DNA of 64,000 bases from an uncultured bacterium (GTDB taxonomy: Bacteria; Omnitrophota; Gorgyraeia; Zapsychrales; Aceulaceae), in assembly GCA_937930175.1 (NCBI GenBank), contig CALGLP010000004.1:2163-66162 (forward strand), in the 5' to 3' direction. Below the pieces are notes generated by a model that saw only the letters and a program-made list of their open reading frames with translations, did not search any database and was not told the DNA's origin. Shown here piece by piece: positions 56,836 through 64,000 of this stretch. Position 1 is the stretch's first letter; each line of letters starts with the position of its first letter. The translations under genes and the position numbers were made by a program.

Positions 56836-58122
56836 ATGAAGCCAAAATCTGCCTATATTTTTGTGACTAATAAATGCAACCTGCGCTGTAAATATTGCTA
56901 TGAAGAAAACCGCACCGGAGATATGACACCGGAAACTATGGTTGCGGCCATAGACTGGCTGGTAAGCCATTATGAAAAAGAAATGTTTGCCCGGCCTTTT
57001 GAAAGCCTGACCTTTACATTCTTTGGCGGAGAACCGCTTCTTAATTTTCCGACAGTCAGGGCTGGTATAGATTACCTGCGGGGCATATGCGATAAGCTTA
57101 ATTTTAAGGCAGGAATCCACATTTTATCAAACGGGACGGTATTTACAGATGAGATGACAGAGTATTTTAAGAACATTCGTCAATACAATAATTTCAACTG
57201 GCACTTTCAGGTGTCATTGGACGGCTGCGAGGAAACGCACAACGCTAACAGGGTATTTGCCAATGATGAGGGAAGCTATAAGGTTATTTCAGAAAACATA
57301 AAAAAGATCAGGGAAATTTTCAAAAGCGTAGGCGTGCGCATGACCGTTACGCCGGAGAATATAAAATCACTTTCAAAAGATTTTGAGGCTTTGCTTTCTT
57401 TTGGCACGCCTGTGACTAACCTTACGCCTATTGTAGAAGGCGACTGGAATGATGAGGTGATCGGCACATTCATAGATGAGCTTAAAAAATGCATTGAGCT
57501 GTATTACCGAAAAGGCCATAACCAGTATTTTAATTATCTGCACCATTCTTTGGAGAGGATAGTGGACAATTCATTTAACCGGCAGAAGGGCTGCAGGGCA
57601 GGGGAATTCTTGATAGGTATTTCAACTGAGGGCAAGATCTATCCTTGCCACAGATTTGTCGCCTATTCTAAGAAAGATGACTTTTGCCTGGGCGATGTCT
57701 GGAAAGGTATAGACGAAAACGGCGAGGCGTTTAAGAAAATAAAAGAAATGCGTCAGAGGGCAGTTAAGTGTTTAAACTGCAAGGTGTTTTCCTGTAACAG
57801 GTGTTTTGCAACAAATATGTACTTGAATCAGGATCCCGCGGCGATTCCCGACAACGGGTACTGCGAAATGAACGAAAAGATATCAAGCGCCTTGCGGCCG
57901 ATAATAAGGAGGTTGTTTGTGGAAGGAAAATTACCGCTTAAAGAAGGCGAAATGGCAGATCTAAAAGATAATGGTGTTATGTATAAGATAAGTAAAGACG
58001 AGCCTGCGGAGCTTGTAGAGGACAAGTTAGATGTAATGGCCCGCTGTATGATCCGCGTGGTGAAAGAACTGCAAGAGGTAAAGTCAGCGCTGTCTTTGCT
58101 TGCATCGAGGCATAAGGATTAA
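56836..58122 (+). CDS. Radical SAM enzyme with C-terminal SPASM-type auxiliary Fe-S domain (peptide-maturase/anSME-like)
   Basis: 428 aa from ATG 56836, with a GGAG RBS 6 nt upstream. Motifs: CNLRCKYC (CX3CX2C, 56875-56898), FFGGEPLL, and a C-terminal Cys cluster GCRAGE...YPCHRF...CLNCKVFSCNRCFATN...GYCEMN. Confidence 0.8.
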   Translation: MKPKSAYIFVTNKCNLRCKYCYEENRTGDMTPETMVAAIDWLVSHYEKEMFARPFESLTFTFFGGEPLLNFPTVRAGIDYLRGICDKLNFKAGIHILSNGTVFTDEMTEYFKNIRQYNNFNWHFQVSLDGCEETHNANRVFANDEGSYKVISENIKKIREIFKSVGVRMTVTPENIKSLSKDFEALLSFGTPVTNLTPIVEGDWNDEVIGTFIDELKKCIELYYRKGHNQYFNYLHHSLERIVDNSFNRQKGCRAGEFLIGISTEGKIYPCHRFVAYSKKDDFCLGDVWKGIDENGEAFKKIKEMRQRAVKCLNCKVFSCNRCFATNMYLNQDPAAIPDNGYCEMNEKISSALRPIIRRLFVEGKLPLKEGEMADLKDNGVMYKISKDEPAELVEDKLDVMARCMIRVVKELQEVKSALSLLASRHKD

Positions 58123-58125
58123 GCT

Positions 58126-59478
58126 ATGAAGTATTTATGCATCGTTCCATATGAATATACCACTATAACGATGATGTACCGGAATTCTCCGGTCGGCATC
58201 TATAAGGTTGCCACAAAACTGCGCAGAGAAGGCCATACTGTAGAGCTTTTTAACATGTACCCTCTTTACCGCCCGAGAAAGTTTATGGAGAATAAGCCGG
58301 GCGCGATGTATTTCAAGGGCATACCTGTATCTCAATTTATCGGTTATAAGAAGTGCGGTAATTTCGAGAACGAGAAATTATGCAGGGAGTTTCACAGGCT
58401 GGGACTGCCAATATCAGAACTTACGAAAAAGTTAGAGGAGTTTCAGCCTGACAGGATATTTGTTGGCAATACCTTTACTTTTCTCTGGAGGGCAGTTTAT
58501 GAGATCGTAGCCGAATGCAAAAAGACGATGCCTAAGGTTCCGGTAAAGGTCGGCGGGCTATATGCTATTCTTTGTCCGGATCATGCTGCAGCATCGGGTG
58601 CCGACGAAGTCATGACCCTGGAAGAAAAGACTACGAGCGATAACTTTATCAAAATAGATACGGATTTATTCGGTGATAACCTTCCAGAGAGGATATTTTT
58701 AGGGACCTCGGTAGGCTGCCCCAATCATTGCTCATATTGCGCTGTTCATATTGTAGAGGGCTGCACAAAGGTAAACACCAGCCCGGATGAAGTAGTAAGC
58801 GAGCTTAAGTATTATAAATCAATGGGAATAAGCAGGTTTATTTTTCTCGACGCCAATATCCTCTATGGATACGAGAATCATTTTAAAGTTATTCTCGATA
58901 AGGTTATCCAGGAAAACTTAAATATAGAGCTTTATTCCTACGGAGGAGTAGAGGCGCGCCTATTGACCGATGATATTGCAGAAAAGATGGTTAGTGCCGG
59001 GTTTCGTTCGGTGAATATTCCTATTGAGAGCGCAAGCGACATTATTATTAAAGAATGGAAGAGGAATTGCTTTGTTGCCGACTGGGAACAGGCGATGAAT
59101 GTTGCTAAGAGGCATTTTCAGCGTCTGCGTTCTTTCCTGATTATCGGCGCGCCGAATCAGACCGCAGAAGATATTAAGTCAACCATTGACCTGATTAAAA
59201 GCTACGGTGCAGAGGCGGTAACTCTGCCGTATACGCCGATTCCAGGTACTCCTGATTACGAGAAGTATAAGCATATCGATTTGGAGGACCTTAACCCGGC
59301 CTTTTATCCCTGCGCGCATGAGCGGATGAAAGCAGCTGATTTAGAAAAGTTTTACTCTGAAAACCGGAATGTCAGGTTTTGCTTAAGAGATTGGGATGAT
59401 GCTCAACAGAAAATACCGCCGCCCACAAAGACGATATTTGAAAGCGGACCGGCAGTAAAAACTAAAGGAGGGGATTAG
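58126..59478 (+). CDS. Radical SAM enzyme with N-terminal B12-binding-like (class B) domain
   Basis: 450-aa ORF with an N-terminal Rossmann-like segment (LCIVP...SPVGIYKVATKLRREGHTVELFNM) and a CPNHCSYC CX3CX2C motif (58717-58740). It starts 3 nt after the previous stop. Confidence 0.7.
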   Translation: MKYLCIVPYEYTTITMMYRNSPVGIYKVATKLRREGHTVELFNMYPLYRPRKFMENKPGAMYFKGIPVSQFIGYKKCGNFENEKLCREFHRLGLPISELTKKLEEFQPDRIFVGNTFTFLWRAVYEIVAECKKTMPKVPVKVGGLYAILCPDHAAASGADEVMTLEEKTTSDNFIKIDTDLFGDNLPERIFLGTSVGCPNHCSYCAVHIVEGCTKVNTSPDEVVSELKYYKSMGISRFIFLDANILYGYENHFKVILDKVIQENLNIELYSYGGVEARLLTDDIAEKMVSAGFRSVNIPIESASDIIIKEWKRNCFVADWEQAMNVAKRHFQRLRSFLIIGAPNQTAEDIKSTIDLIKSYGAEAVTLPYTPIPGTPDYEKYKHIDLEDLNPAFYPCAHERMKAADLEKFYSENRNVRFCLRDWDDAQQKIPPPTKTIFESGPAVKTKGGD

Positions 59479-59480
59479 CT

Positions 59481-59771
59481 ATGGGAAAGGTCATCAATCA
59501 CGAGGAGATAATTGTTGACGATATTGTAAAGAGCTTAACACCGTCGGTTTACGACCCGGGCAGCGGTGTGCCAGCCTCTTTTGCGCTTATTCACGCGGAA
59601 GGCGGGCCGATGAGATATTTCGTTAACGGGCAAAATCCTGCGCCGTCGTCCGGGGCACTTTTAGAGGATGGAGATATTGTAGAGCTTCCGTCAATTTATC
59701 ACATAAAGGATTTTAGGGTGGTTAAATCCGGGGATGATTCAGGAAAAATTACAGTAACTTATGAAGCATAA
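59481..59771 (+). CDS. Hypothetical small protein coupled to the radical SAM genes
   Basis: 96-aa ORF starting 2 nt after the previous stop, with a GGAGG RBS. Confidence 0.35.
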   Translation: MGKVINHEEIIVDDIVKSLTPSVYDPGSGVPASFALIHAEGGPMRYFVNGQNPAPSSGALLEDGDIVELPSIYHIKDFRVVKSGDDSGKITVTYEA

Positions 59772-59785
59772 AGGAGGCGTTAAGA

Positions 59786-60340
59786 ATGCAGCTGCATCTT
59801 AAACATCGCAAAGCAAGCAGAATAATTAAGCGGGTTACAGAAATAACTACAGATGGCGGGCTTCCAAAGACAGGCCAGACTATGATTTATCAGCCTGGAG
59901 ATGACGGGTCCTATCAGATGGGGTATCCGATAGGCGGCGTTCAAAGGTTTATTGACAACGGCGACGGAACAATAATCGATATGGCGACAGGCCTTATGTG
60001 GATAAAAGATCCTCAGGCAGCAGGTTTAAGGTCCTCTATGTATTGGTATGACGCAATCAATGCCTGCGAGAATTTGGATTATGCAGGCCACGATGATTGG
60101 CGGATGCCGAACATTAACGAGCTCTTGTCAATTGTGGATCATTCAAGGTATGATCCGGCATTCGATCTGATGTATTTTATACCATTCCCGGATACATGGA
60201 CGCCTAATTGGTCGTCAACCGTTTGTGCGCCTTGGCTGGACGGGGCCTGGTGTATGTATCCGTATGATGGTTACAAAACAGTCTGGAGCAGAATTAGTGA
60301 TATGTGTTTTGTGCGGCCTGTCAGAGGCGGTCAATCTTAA
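59786..60340 (+). CDS. DUF1566 (Lcl C-terminal domain)-like protein
   Basis: TGQT..YQPGDDG...FIDNGDGTIIDMATGLMWIKD...W.DAINACENLDYAGHDDWRMPNINELLSIVD matches the DUF1566 signature. Confidence 0.65.
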   Translation: MQLHLKHRKASRIIKRVTEITTDGGLPKTGQTMIYQPGDDGSYQMGYPIGGVQRFIDNGDGTIIDMATGLMWIKDPQAAGLRSSMYWYDAINACENLDYAGHDDWRMPNINELLSIVDHSRYDPAFDLMYFIPFPDTWTPNWSSTVCAPWLDGAWCMYPYDGYKTVWSRISDMCFVRPVRGGQS

Positions 60341-60354
60341 AAGGGGAGGCGAAA

Positions 60355-60537
60355 ATGGCAAAAGCTACAATTGAATATAAAAATGGAAAGAAAATCGTTA
60401 CCTATCCTAACGGCGAAAAGCAGGAACATTCCAAAGAAAGCCTTAAAACCGCGAAAGATATGTTTTTGCGGCATAGGCAGAAGATAGATGAGAATATCGC
60501 ATCAATCGATGACGATCTTGCAAAAATGACGGTGTAG
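60355..60537 (+). CDS. Hypothetical small protein
   Basis: 60 aa from ATG 60355, with a GGGGAGG RBS. Confidence 0.3.
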   Translation: MAKATIEYKNGKKIVTYPNGEKQEHSKESLKTAKDMFLRHRQKIDENIASIDDDLAKMTV

Positions 60538-60541
60538 TCAT

Positions 60542-60826
60542 ATGCATAATAATGGTAGCTGGACAAAATATATCACACCGGTTTTAGTGACGATTGCTAT
60601 TTTCATGCTCGGCACGATTATGGCACAGGTAAGCCGCATCGATGAGAAACTCTTTCAGCATTTGGCGAATGACCAGATACATATGCCGCGCAGTCAGTAT
60701 GTTTCAAAGGCAGAATTTGATCTGCACTGCAAATTCTTTGAAAAAGAAAACGAGCGGATCTTGAAGGCAATAGACGATTTAAGGAATGATTTAAAGGTAA
60801 GAAGCCGGGATGGAAGAAATAAGTAG
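60542..60826 (+). CDS. Single-pass membrane protein (holin/spanin-like position)
   Basis: 94-aa ORF with the TM segment ITPVLVTIAIFMLGTIMAQV followed by a coiled-coil tail. Confidence 0.35.
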   Translation: MHNNGSWTKYITPVLVTIAIFMLGTIMAQVSRIDEKLFQHLANDQIHMPRSQYVSKAEFDLHCKFFEKENERILKAIDDLRNDLKVRSRDGRNK

Positions 60827-61016
60827 AGTAAGGATTGAGTTTGACCTGCATGAGTATCGGCGGCTTGCCTTGGTTATCCGGGATCACAAAAGTCTGCTCT
60901 ATAAATTAAAAATGAACGAGCTGATCAAACAGGGCCTTATAAAAGACATGAACATTATTATAGGCATATTGGAAAGAGCCGAGGTTAAACCACAAAAGGG
61001 GGAGGTGGAAACATGA
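60810..61016 (+). CDS. Hypothetical small protein
   Basis: 68-aa ORF overlapping its neighbours. Confidence 0.3.
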   Translation: MEEISRVRIEFDLHEYRRLALVIRDHKSLLYKLKMNELIKQGLIKDMNIIIGILERAEVKPQKGEVET

Positions 61017-61123
61017 AGATGTTTATAGCTTTTACTTTGGGGAATATAGTCGGAGGCCTGGGAATGTTTTTTTATCTTTGGCTGAAAGGCAAGGTGCAGA
61101 GTGTCGGAAAGCGAAAAATTTAG
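61013..61123 (+). CDS. 36-aa hydrophobic peptide (holin-like)
   Basis: My translation gives MKMFIAFTLGNIVGGLGMFFYLWLKGKVQSVGKRKI. A GGGGGAGG RBS is present. It is below the ORF-track cutoff. Confidence 0.3.
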   Translation: MKMFIAFTLGNIVGGLGMFFYLWLKGKVQSVGKRKI

Positions 61124-61433
61124 TCTGCTTAAATTTGCCGGGAGTTTTTTTCAATTCCTGCCGTGGGTGAAGACGCTGCGTTATGCAGCCGGTATTGCGC
61201 TTGTCGGTTTTATCGGCCTGACAATTTACAGGGCATTCTTTATGCCGACGCAGACCACCAAACAGGTCACGCATATCATCGCCCAGCCTGGAGCACAGGT
61301 AACGGTGGATCAGAAGAAAGAGGAAAGGAAGCCCGGCCTTGAGGTTAGTCCTTTCGTAGAAGGCTATGGGTTCGTGGAATCCGACGAGCGCAAGGGCGCA
61401 GGCGCCAAGGCCGGGGTTAGGATTGACTTTTAA
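61101..61433 (+). CDS. Membrane-anchored hypothetical protein (last prophage ORF)
   Basis: 110-aa ORF starting at GTG, with the TM segment AAGIALVGFIGLTIYRAFF. Confidence 0.3.
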   Translation: MSESEKFSLLKFAGSFFQFLPWVKTLRYAAGIALVGFIGLTIYRAFFMPTQTTKQVTHIIAQPGAQVTVDQKKEERKPGLEVSPFVEGYGFVESDERKGAGAKAGVRIDF

Positions 61434-61471
61434 CATTCCTACGCACGCAGCCACAAACTTGGGAAATTACC

Positions 61472-61523
61472 TTGACAGAACAAAAATTGAATGGTATATT
61501 TTAATTGTGAACACCAGTTCACA
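61472..61523 (+). promoter_or_regulatory. Promoter plus palindromic operator upstream of the TetR gene
   Basis: TTGACA (61472-61477), a 17-nt spacer, TATATT (61495-61500), then the perfect inverted repeat TGTGAAC-ACCA-GTTCACA (61506-61523). Confidence 0.6.
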
Positions 61524-61550
61524 AATTAGATGGTATTCATGGGGGTATAG

Positions 61551-62168
61551 ATGAGTGTATTAAACAGGAAAGAAAGAGATAGGCAGTTGCGCAGATCCGA
61601 TATTCTCAGGGCCGCAGAGCATATATTTGCTTTAAAAGGGTACCACAAAGCGACAATAAGAGATATCGCAAAGGAAGCCCAATATGGAACTGGCACGGTT
61701 TATCTGCATTTTAAGAATAAGCATGCTCTTTATTTTGCTTTACTTGAAGAAAAGTTAAAGCACTTATTATCTATAATTAAAGAGAAGACCGGGCAGGTGA
61801 AAGATGCAAGAAAGAAGCTGGAGATTTTTATACTGGAAGGATTGACTTTCTTCGAGGAGAATCAGGATTTCTTTCAGATATTTGCTTCGGACTCCGAGGG
61901 AAGTGAATTATATGCAGAAGCGAGAGTCTTTAAATCTCCCATAGGCTTACAATTGCAAGAATACACAGCGAGCGTGCTTAAGGAAGCGCAAAGCCAGGAG
62001 GTTATTAGTAGCAGTTTTGACTTGGAACAGCTCTGCGATGTGTTTACGTCTCTTTTAAAGACGATTACTCTCAAATGGTTACAAAGAAAGGAGGGGAAGG
62101 GCGAAAATTTAGTTGGCCTATCTGAGGTAGTTCTTAAGTTGTTTCTGTACGGTGCCGCAAATAAATAA
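61551..62168 (+). CDS. TetR/AcrR-family transcriptional regulator
   Basis: 205-aa ORF with an N-terminal HTH (ILRAAEHIFALKGYHKATIRDIAKEAQYGTGTVYLHFKNKHALY). Confidence 0.85.
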   Translation: MSVLNRKERDRQLRRSDILRAAEHIFALKGYHKATIRDIAKEAQYGTGTVYLHFKNKHALYFALLEEKLKHLLSIIKEKTGQVKDARKKLEIFILEGLTFFEENQDFFQIFASDSEGSELYAEARVFKSPIGLQLQEYTASVLKEAQSQEVISSSFDLEQLCDVFTSLLKTITLKWLQRKEGKGENLVGLSEVVLKLFLYGAANK

Positions 62169-62211
62169 GCACTGGCCTAACATTCCCACCTAATATTCTT
62201 TAAAAATTATC

Positions 62212-62282
62212 TTGACAAAACCATTTGTGAATGGTATATTTTAATTGTGAACAGATGTTCAGATAGTGATGAAATGTTCACA
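62212..62282 (+). promoter_or_regulatory. Second copy of the promoter/operator, upstream of the efflux genes
   Basis: TTGACA (62212-62217), a 17-nt spacer, TATATT (62235-62240), then TGTGAAC-AGAT-GTTCAGA (62246-62263) and an extra GTTCACA half-site (62276-62282). The 25-nt core GAATGGTATATTTTAATTGTGAACA is identical to the copy at 61489. Confidence 0.6.
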
Positions 62283-62304
62283 ACAGACATAATTGAGGAA
62301 TAAA

Positions 62305-63627
62305 ATGAAAAGGGTAATATTTCTTATCAGTTTCAGTGTAGTTGCGCTATTTACCTATAATATAGCTTTGGCAGATAGCCCAGCGGAGGATTCTATTCTG
62401 CAAATAGGCCTTGATGAGACTATCAAACGGGCCCTGGATGCCAGTGAGGAATTAAAGATTAAGGATAGCGAGATTAAGAAAAGCAAAGGGGTTTACGGCG
62501 AAGTCCGCTCCGAGGCATTGCCGCATATTAGCGGCCAATCGATTTGGACTAACAATATGGATTACCCGGCTAAAGCCGTCGGCAAGTATTATGACCATTC
62601 ATTAGATAACGGCCTAAGCGCTTCGCAGCTTGTTTGGTCGTTTGGCAAAGTGATGTACGCAATAGATTCGGCCAAGAGTGCCGTCGAAGCGACTCGGTTG
62701 AACAAGGAAACGACTAGGCAGGAGGTTATTTTTGCCGCAAAATTAAGCTATTATAGCTGCCTGCTTGCTAAAAATAGCCTATCTATAGCCGAGAAATCAT
62801 ATGCGGACGTTCTTGAGAATAAAAAATTGCTCGGTCAGCGCTCTTACGGAGGCCGCAGCTCGAAATATGAGATCGTTAAAATAAATGCTGATGTCGCGGC
62901 TAGGATTCCGGCAGTCAATGAAGCCCGCACTCAATTTGATGCCGCCACCGAAACCTTAAGAAGGGTTATTGATGTTGATCTTAACCGCAAGATTGAGCTT
63001 GAGGGGAACTTTCAAGAACAATACGCCGATTTTAATTATGAAACGCTGGTGAATGCTATGTACGCATATGAGCCTTATTTGCAGGAGCTTGGCAAAACAA
63101 TCGACTCTACCGAGGCGAACGTAAAAAGCAAATATGCAAACTTTCTGCCTACGATTTCTGCGTTTGCCTCTATGAATTATAAAGGCGATTCCAATAAATC
63201 TAGTGTTTGGAGCGAGCTCGATAATTACTCTGCCGCCGGACTTAAAGTGAGTGTTCCGATTTGGGAAGGAGGAATAAAGGAGGCTCAGCTGAGCCAAGCC
63301 AAAGCGGTTAAAGAAATTGCTGTTCTCAGGAAAGAACAGGCAGAAAAAAATTTACTGTTAGAGCTTAAGAAAGCTTATTTAGAATATGAGCAGTATAAGG
63401 ATAATCTTAAAGCAAATATCGAAGCAGTGAGTCTTGCCGAAGAGGCCTTCAAGCAAACACAAGAGATGTTTTCTTCCGGACAGGTCAGTATCACCGATCT
63501 TAACATTGCAGAACTTTCTTTGACTAATCAAAGGCTCAATAAGGAAGCTACCCTTTACAATATAAATATAACACTGGCAAAAATTGAGAAGTTAGTAACC
63601 GAGAAATACGAAGATGAAAAACTTTAA
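62305..63627 (+). CDS. TolC-like outer membrane efflux protein (OEP family)
   Basis: It has a signal peptide (MKRVIFLISFSVVALFTYNIALA) and two OEP-type repeats of coiled-coil and beta segments. I prefer the ATG at 62305 (GAGGA RBS) over the TTG at 62293. Confidence 0.8.
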   Translation: MKRVIFLISFSVVALFTYNIALADSPAEDSILQIGLDETIKRALDASEELKIKDSEIKKSKGVYGEVRSEALPHISGQSIWTNNMDYPAKAVGKYYDHSLDNGLSASQLVWSFGKVMYAIDSAKSAVEATRLNKETTRQEVIFAAKLSYYSCLLAKNSLSIAEKSYADVLENKKLLGQRSYGGRSSKYEIVKINADVAARIPAVNEARTQFDAATETLRRVIDVDLNRKIELEGNFQEQYADFNYETLVNAMYAYEPYLQELGKTIDSTEANVKSKYANFLPTISAFASMNYKGDSNKSSVWSELDNYSAAGLKVSVPIWEGGIKEAQLSQAKAVKEIAVLRKEQAEKNLLLELKKAYLEYEQYKDNLKANIEAVSLAEEAFKQTQEMFSSGQVSITDLNIAELSLTNQRLNKEATLYNINITLAKIEKLVTEKYEDEKL

Positions 63628-64000
63628 GCGAGAGACGGTATACTTAATAATTATTATCGTTAGTTTAGCCTCCGTCGCAATACGTATCCAGGCAGTCAAA
63701 GCGGCCCGCGGAAAGGCAATTATCAGTTTCTATGAGGAATGGAAGAAGGCCGGGAAGCCGGTAGAGGTTCAAGCGATAGAGGCTGAGGATATCCCTGTGT
63801 ACGCCCAGTTTACAGTCAGGATTGTTGACGGATGCCTTGCCCGTGGTTTTGTAACTGGCGAAGTAAGGAATGCGCTTCAGGAAGGTCAAGAAATATACGA
63901 TCCGTATGATACATCTGTTATTTGTGCCCGATTAAAAAGCGTAGGCGCGGAATTAGATATGAACGCCGGTATGTTTCCGGTAGAGGTAGAATTCGATAAG
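63614..64000 (+). CDS. Periplasmic adaptor (membrane fusion protein)-like, partial; runs off the window end
   Basis: My translation gives MKNFKRETVYLIIIIVSLASVAIRIQAVKAARGKAIISFYEEWKKAGKPVEVQAIEAEDIPVYAQFTV.... It overlaps the TolC-like stop. An N-terminal TM anchor followed by a beta-rich start is typical of MFPs. It is absent from the ORF track because there is no stop. Confidence 0.45.
   Translation, partial: MKNFKRETVYLIIIIVSLASVAIRIQAVKAARGKAIISFYEEWKKAGKPVEVQAIEAEDIPVYAQFTVRIVDGCLARGFVTGEVRNALQEGQEIYDPYDTSVICARLKSVGAELDMNAGMFPVEVEFDK

Larger units (their letters stand above)
32157..61470. mobile_element. Integrated lambda-like siphovirus prophage (~29 kb); exact att junctions unresolved
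   Basis: A contiguous set: serine integrase, early/regulatory genes, ParB-methylase, terS/terL(GpA), portal, protease, decoration, capsid E-like, tail G/GT, tape measure, gpM/L/K/J-like, fibre module and small TM proteins. GC content and Arg codon usage (CGG/AGG rather than CGT/CGC) shift at about 32.2 kb. Confidence 0.8.

Noticed and set aside
56662-57120. A 152-aa minus-strand ORF containing RCRCRYKYTCRYKCRC.
   Set aside because: It is an antisense read of the same repeat and of the well-supported radical SAM gene. It has no RBS or start context.

Overview
The window has three parts. (1) 1-32.2 kb is an AT-rich bacterial chromosomal origin neighbourhood. On the minus strand it reads gyrA, gyrB, a DUF721/DciA-like gene, dnaN and dnaA. 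On the plus strand it reads rpmH, yidD, yidC, jag-like, parA, parB, yicC, gmk, rpoZ, coaC, a tRNA Cys/Leu/Val cluster, thrS-infC-rpmI-rplT, pheS, pheT, rarA, a 5-formyl-THF cyclo-ligase, rny-ymdB, a PilZ gene, gltX and tRNA-Gln. Three secreted-protein genes have been inserted into the otherwise conserved rplT-pheS-pheT cluster. The tRNA cluster carries an unusual periodic set of tRNA-derived pseudo-units. (2) About 32.16-61.45 kb is a more GC-rich, lambda-like siphovirus prophage of roughly 29 kb. A large serine recombinase abuts tRNA-Gln at the left edge. It is followed by an early region (sigma factor, iteron-bearing initiator-like gene, ParB-methylase), then terminase, portal, protease, decoration and capsid genes. 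The tail module runs G/GT frameshift chaperone, tape measure, gpM/L/K/J-like genes, then a fibre module and small membrane proteins. The most unusual content is in the fibre module. A 191-aa protein ends in a 16-cysteine tail containing (Thr-Cys)x8. It is tightly coupled to a radical SAM/SPASM enzyme and a second radical SAM enzyme with a B12-binding-like domain, and a DUF1566 adhesin-like gene lies next to them. I read this as a candidate RiPP-like maturation system acting on a phage virion or receptor-binding protein. (3) 61.47-64 kb holds a TetR regulator, a TolC-like outer-membrane factor and a partial adaptor gene, driven by two near-identical promoter-operator copies. All calls rest on reading the sequence and the supplied ORF translations. 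No database searches were run, and family names are motif-based recognitions.
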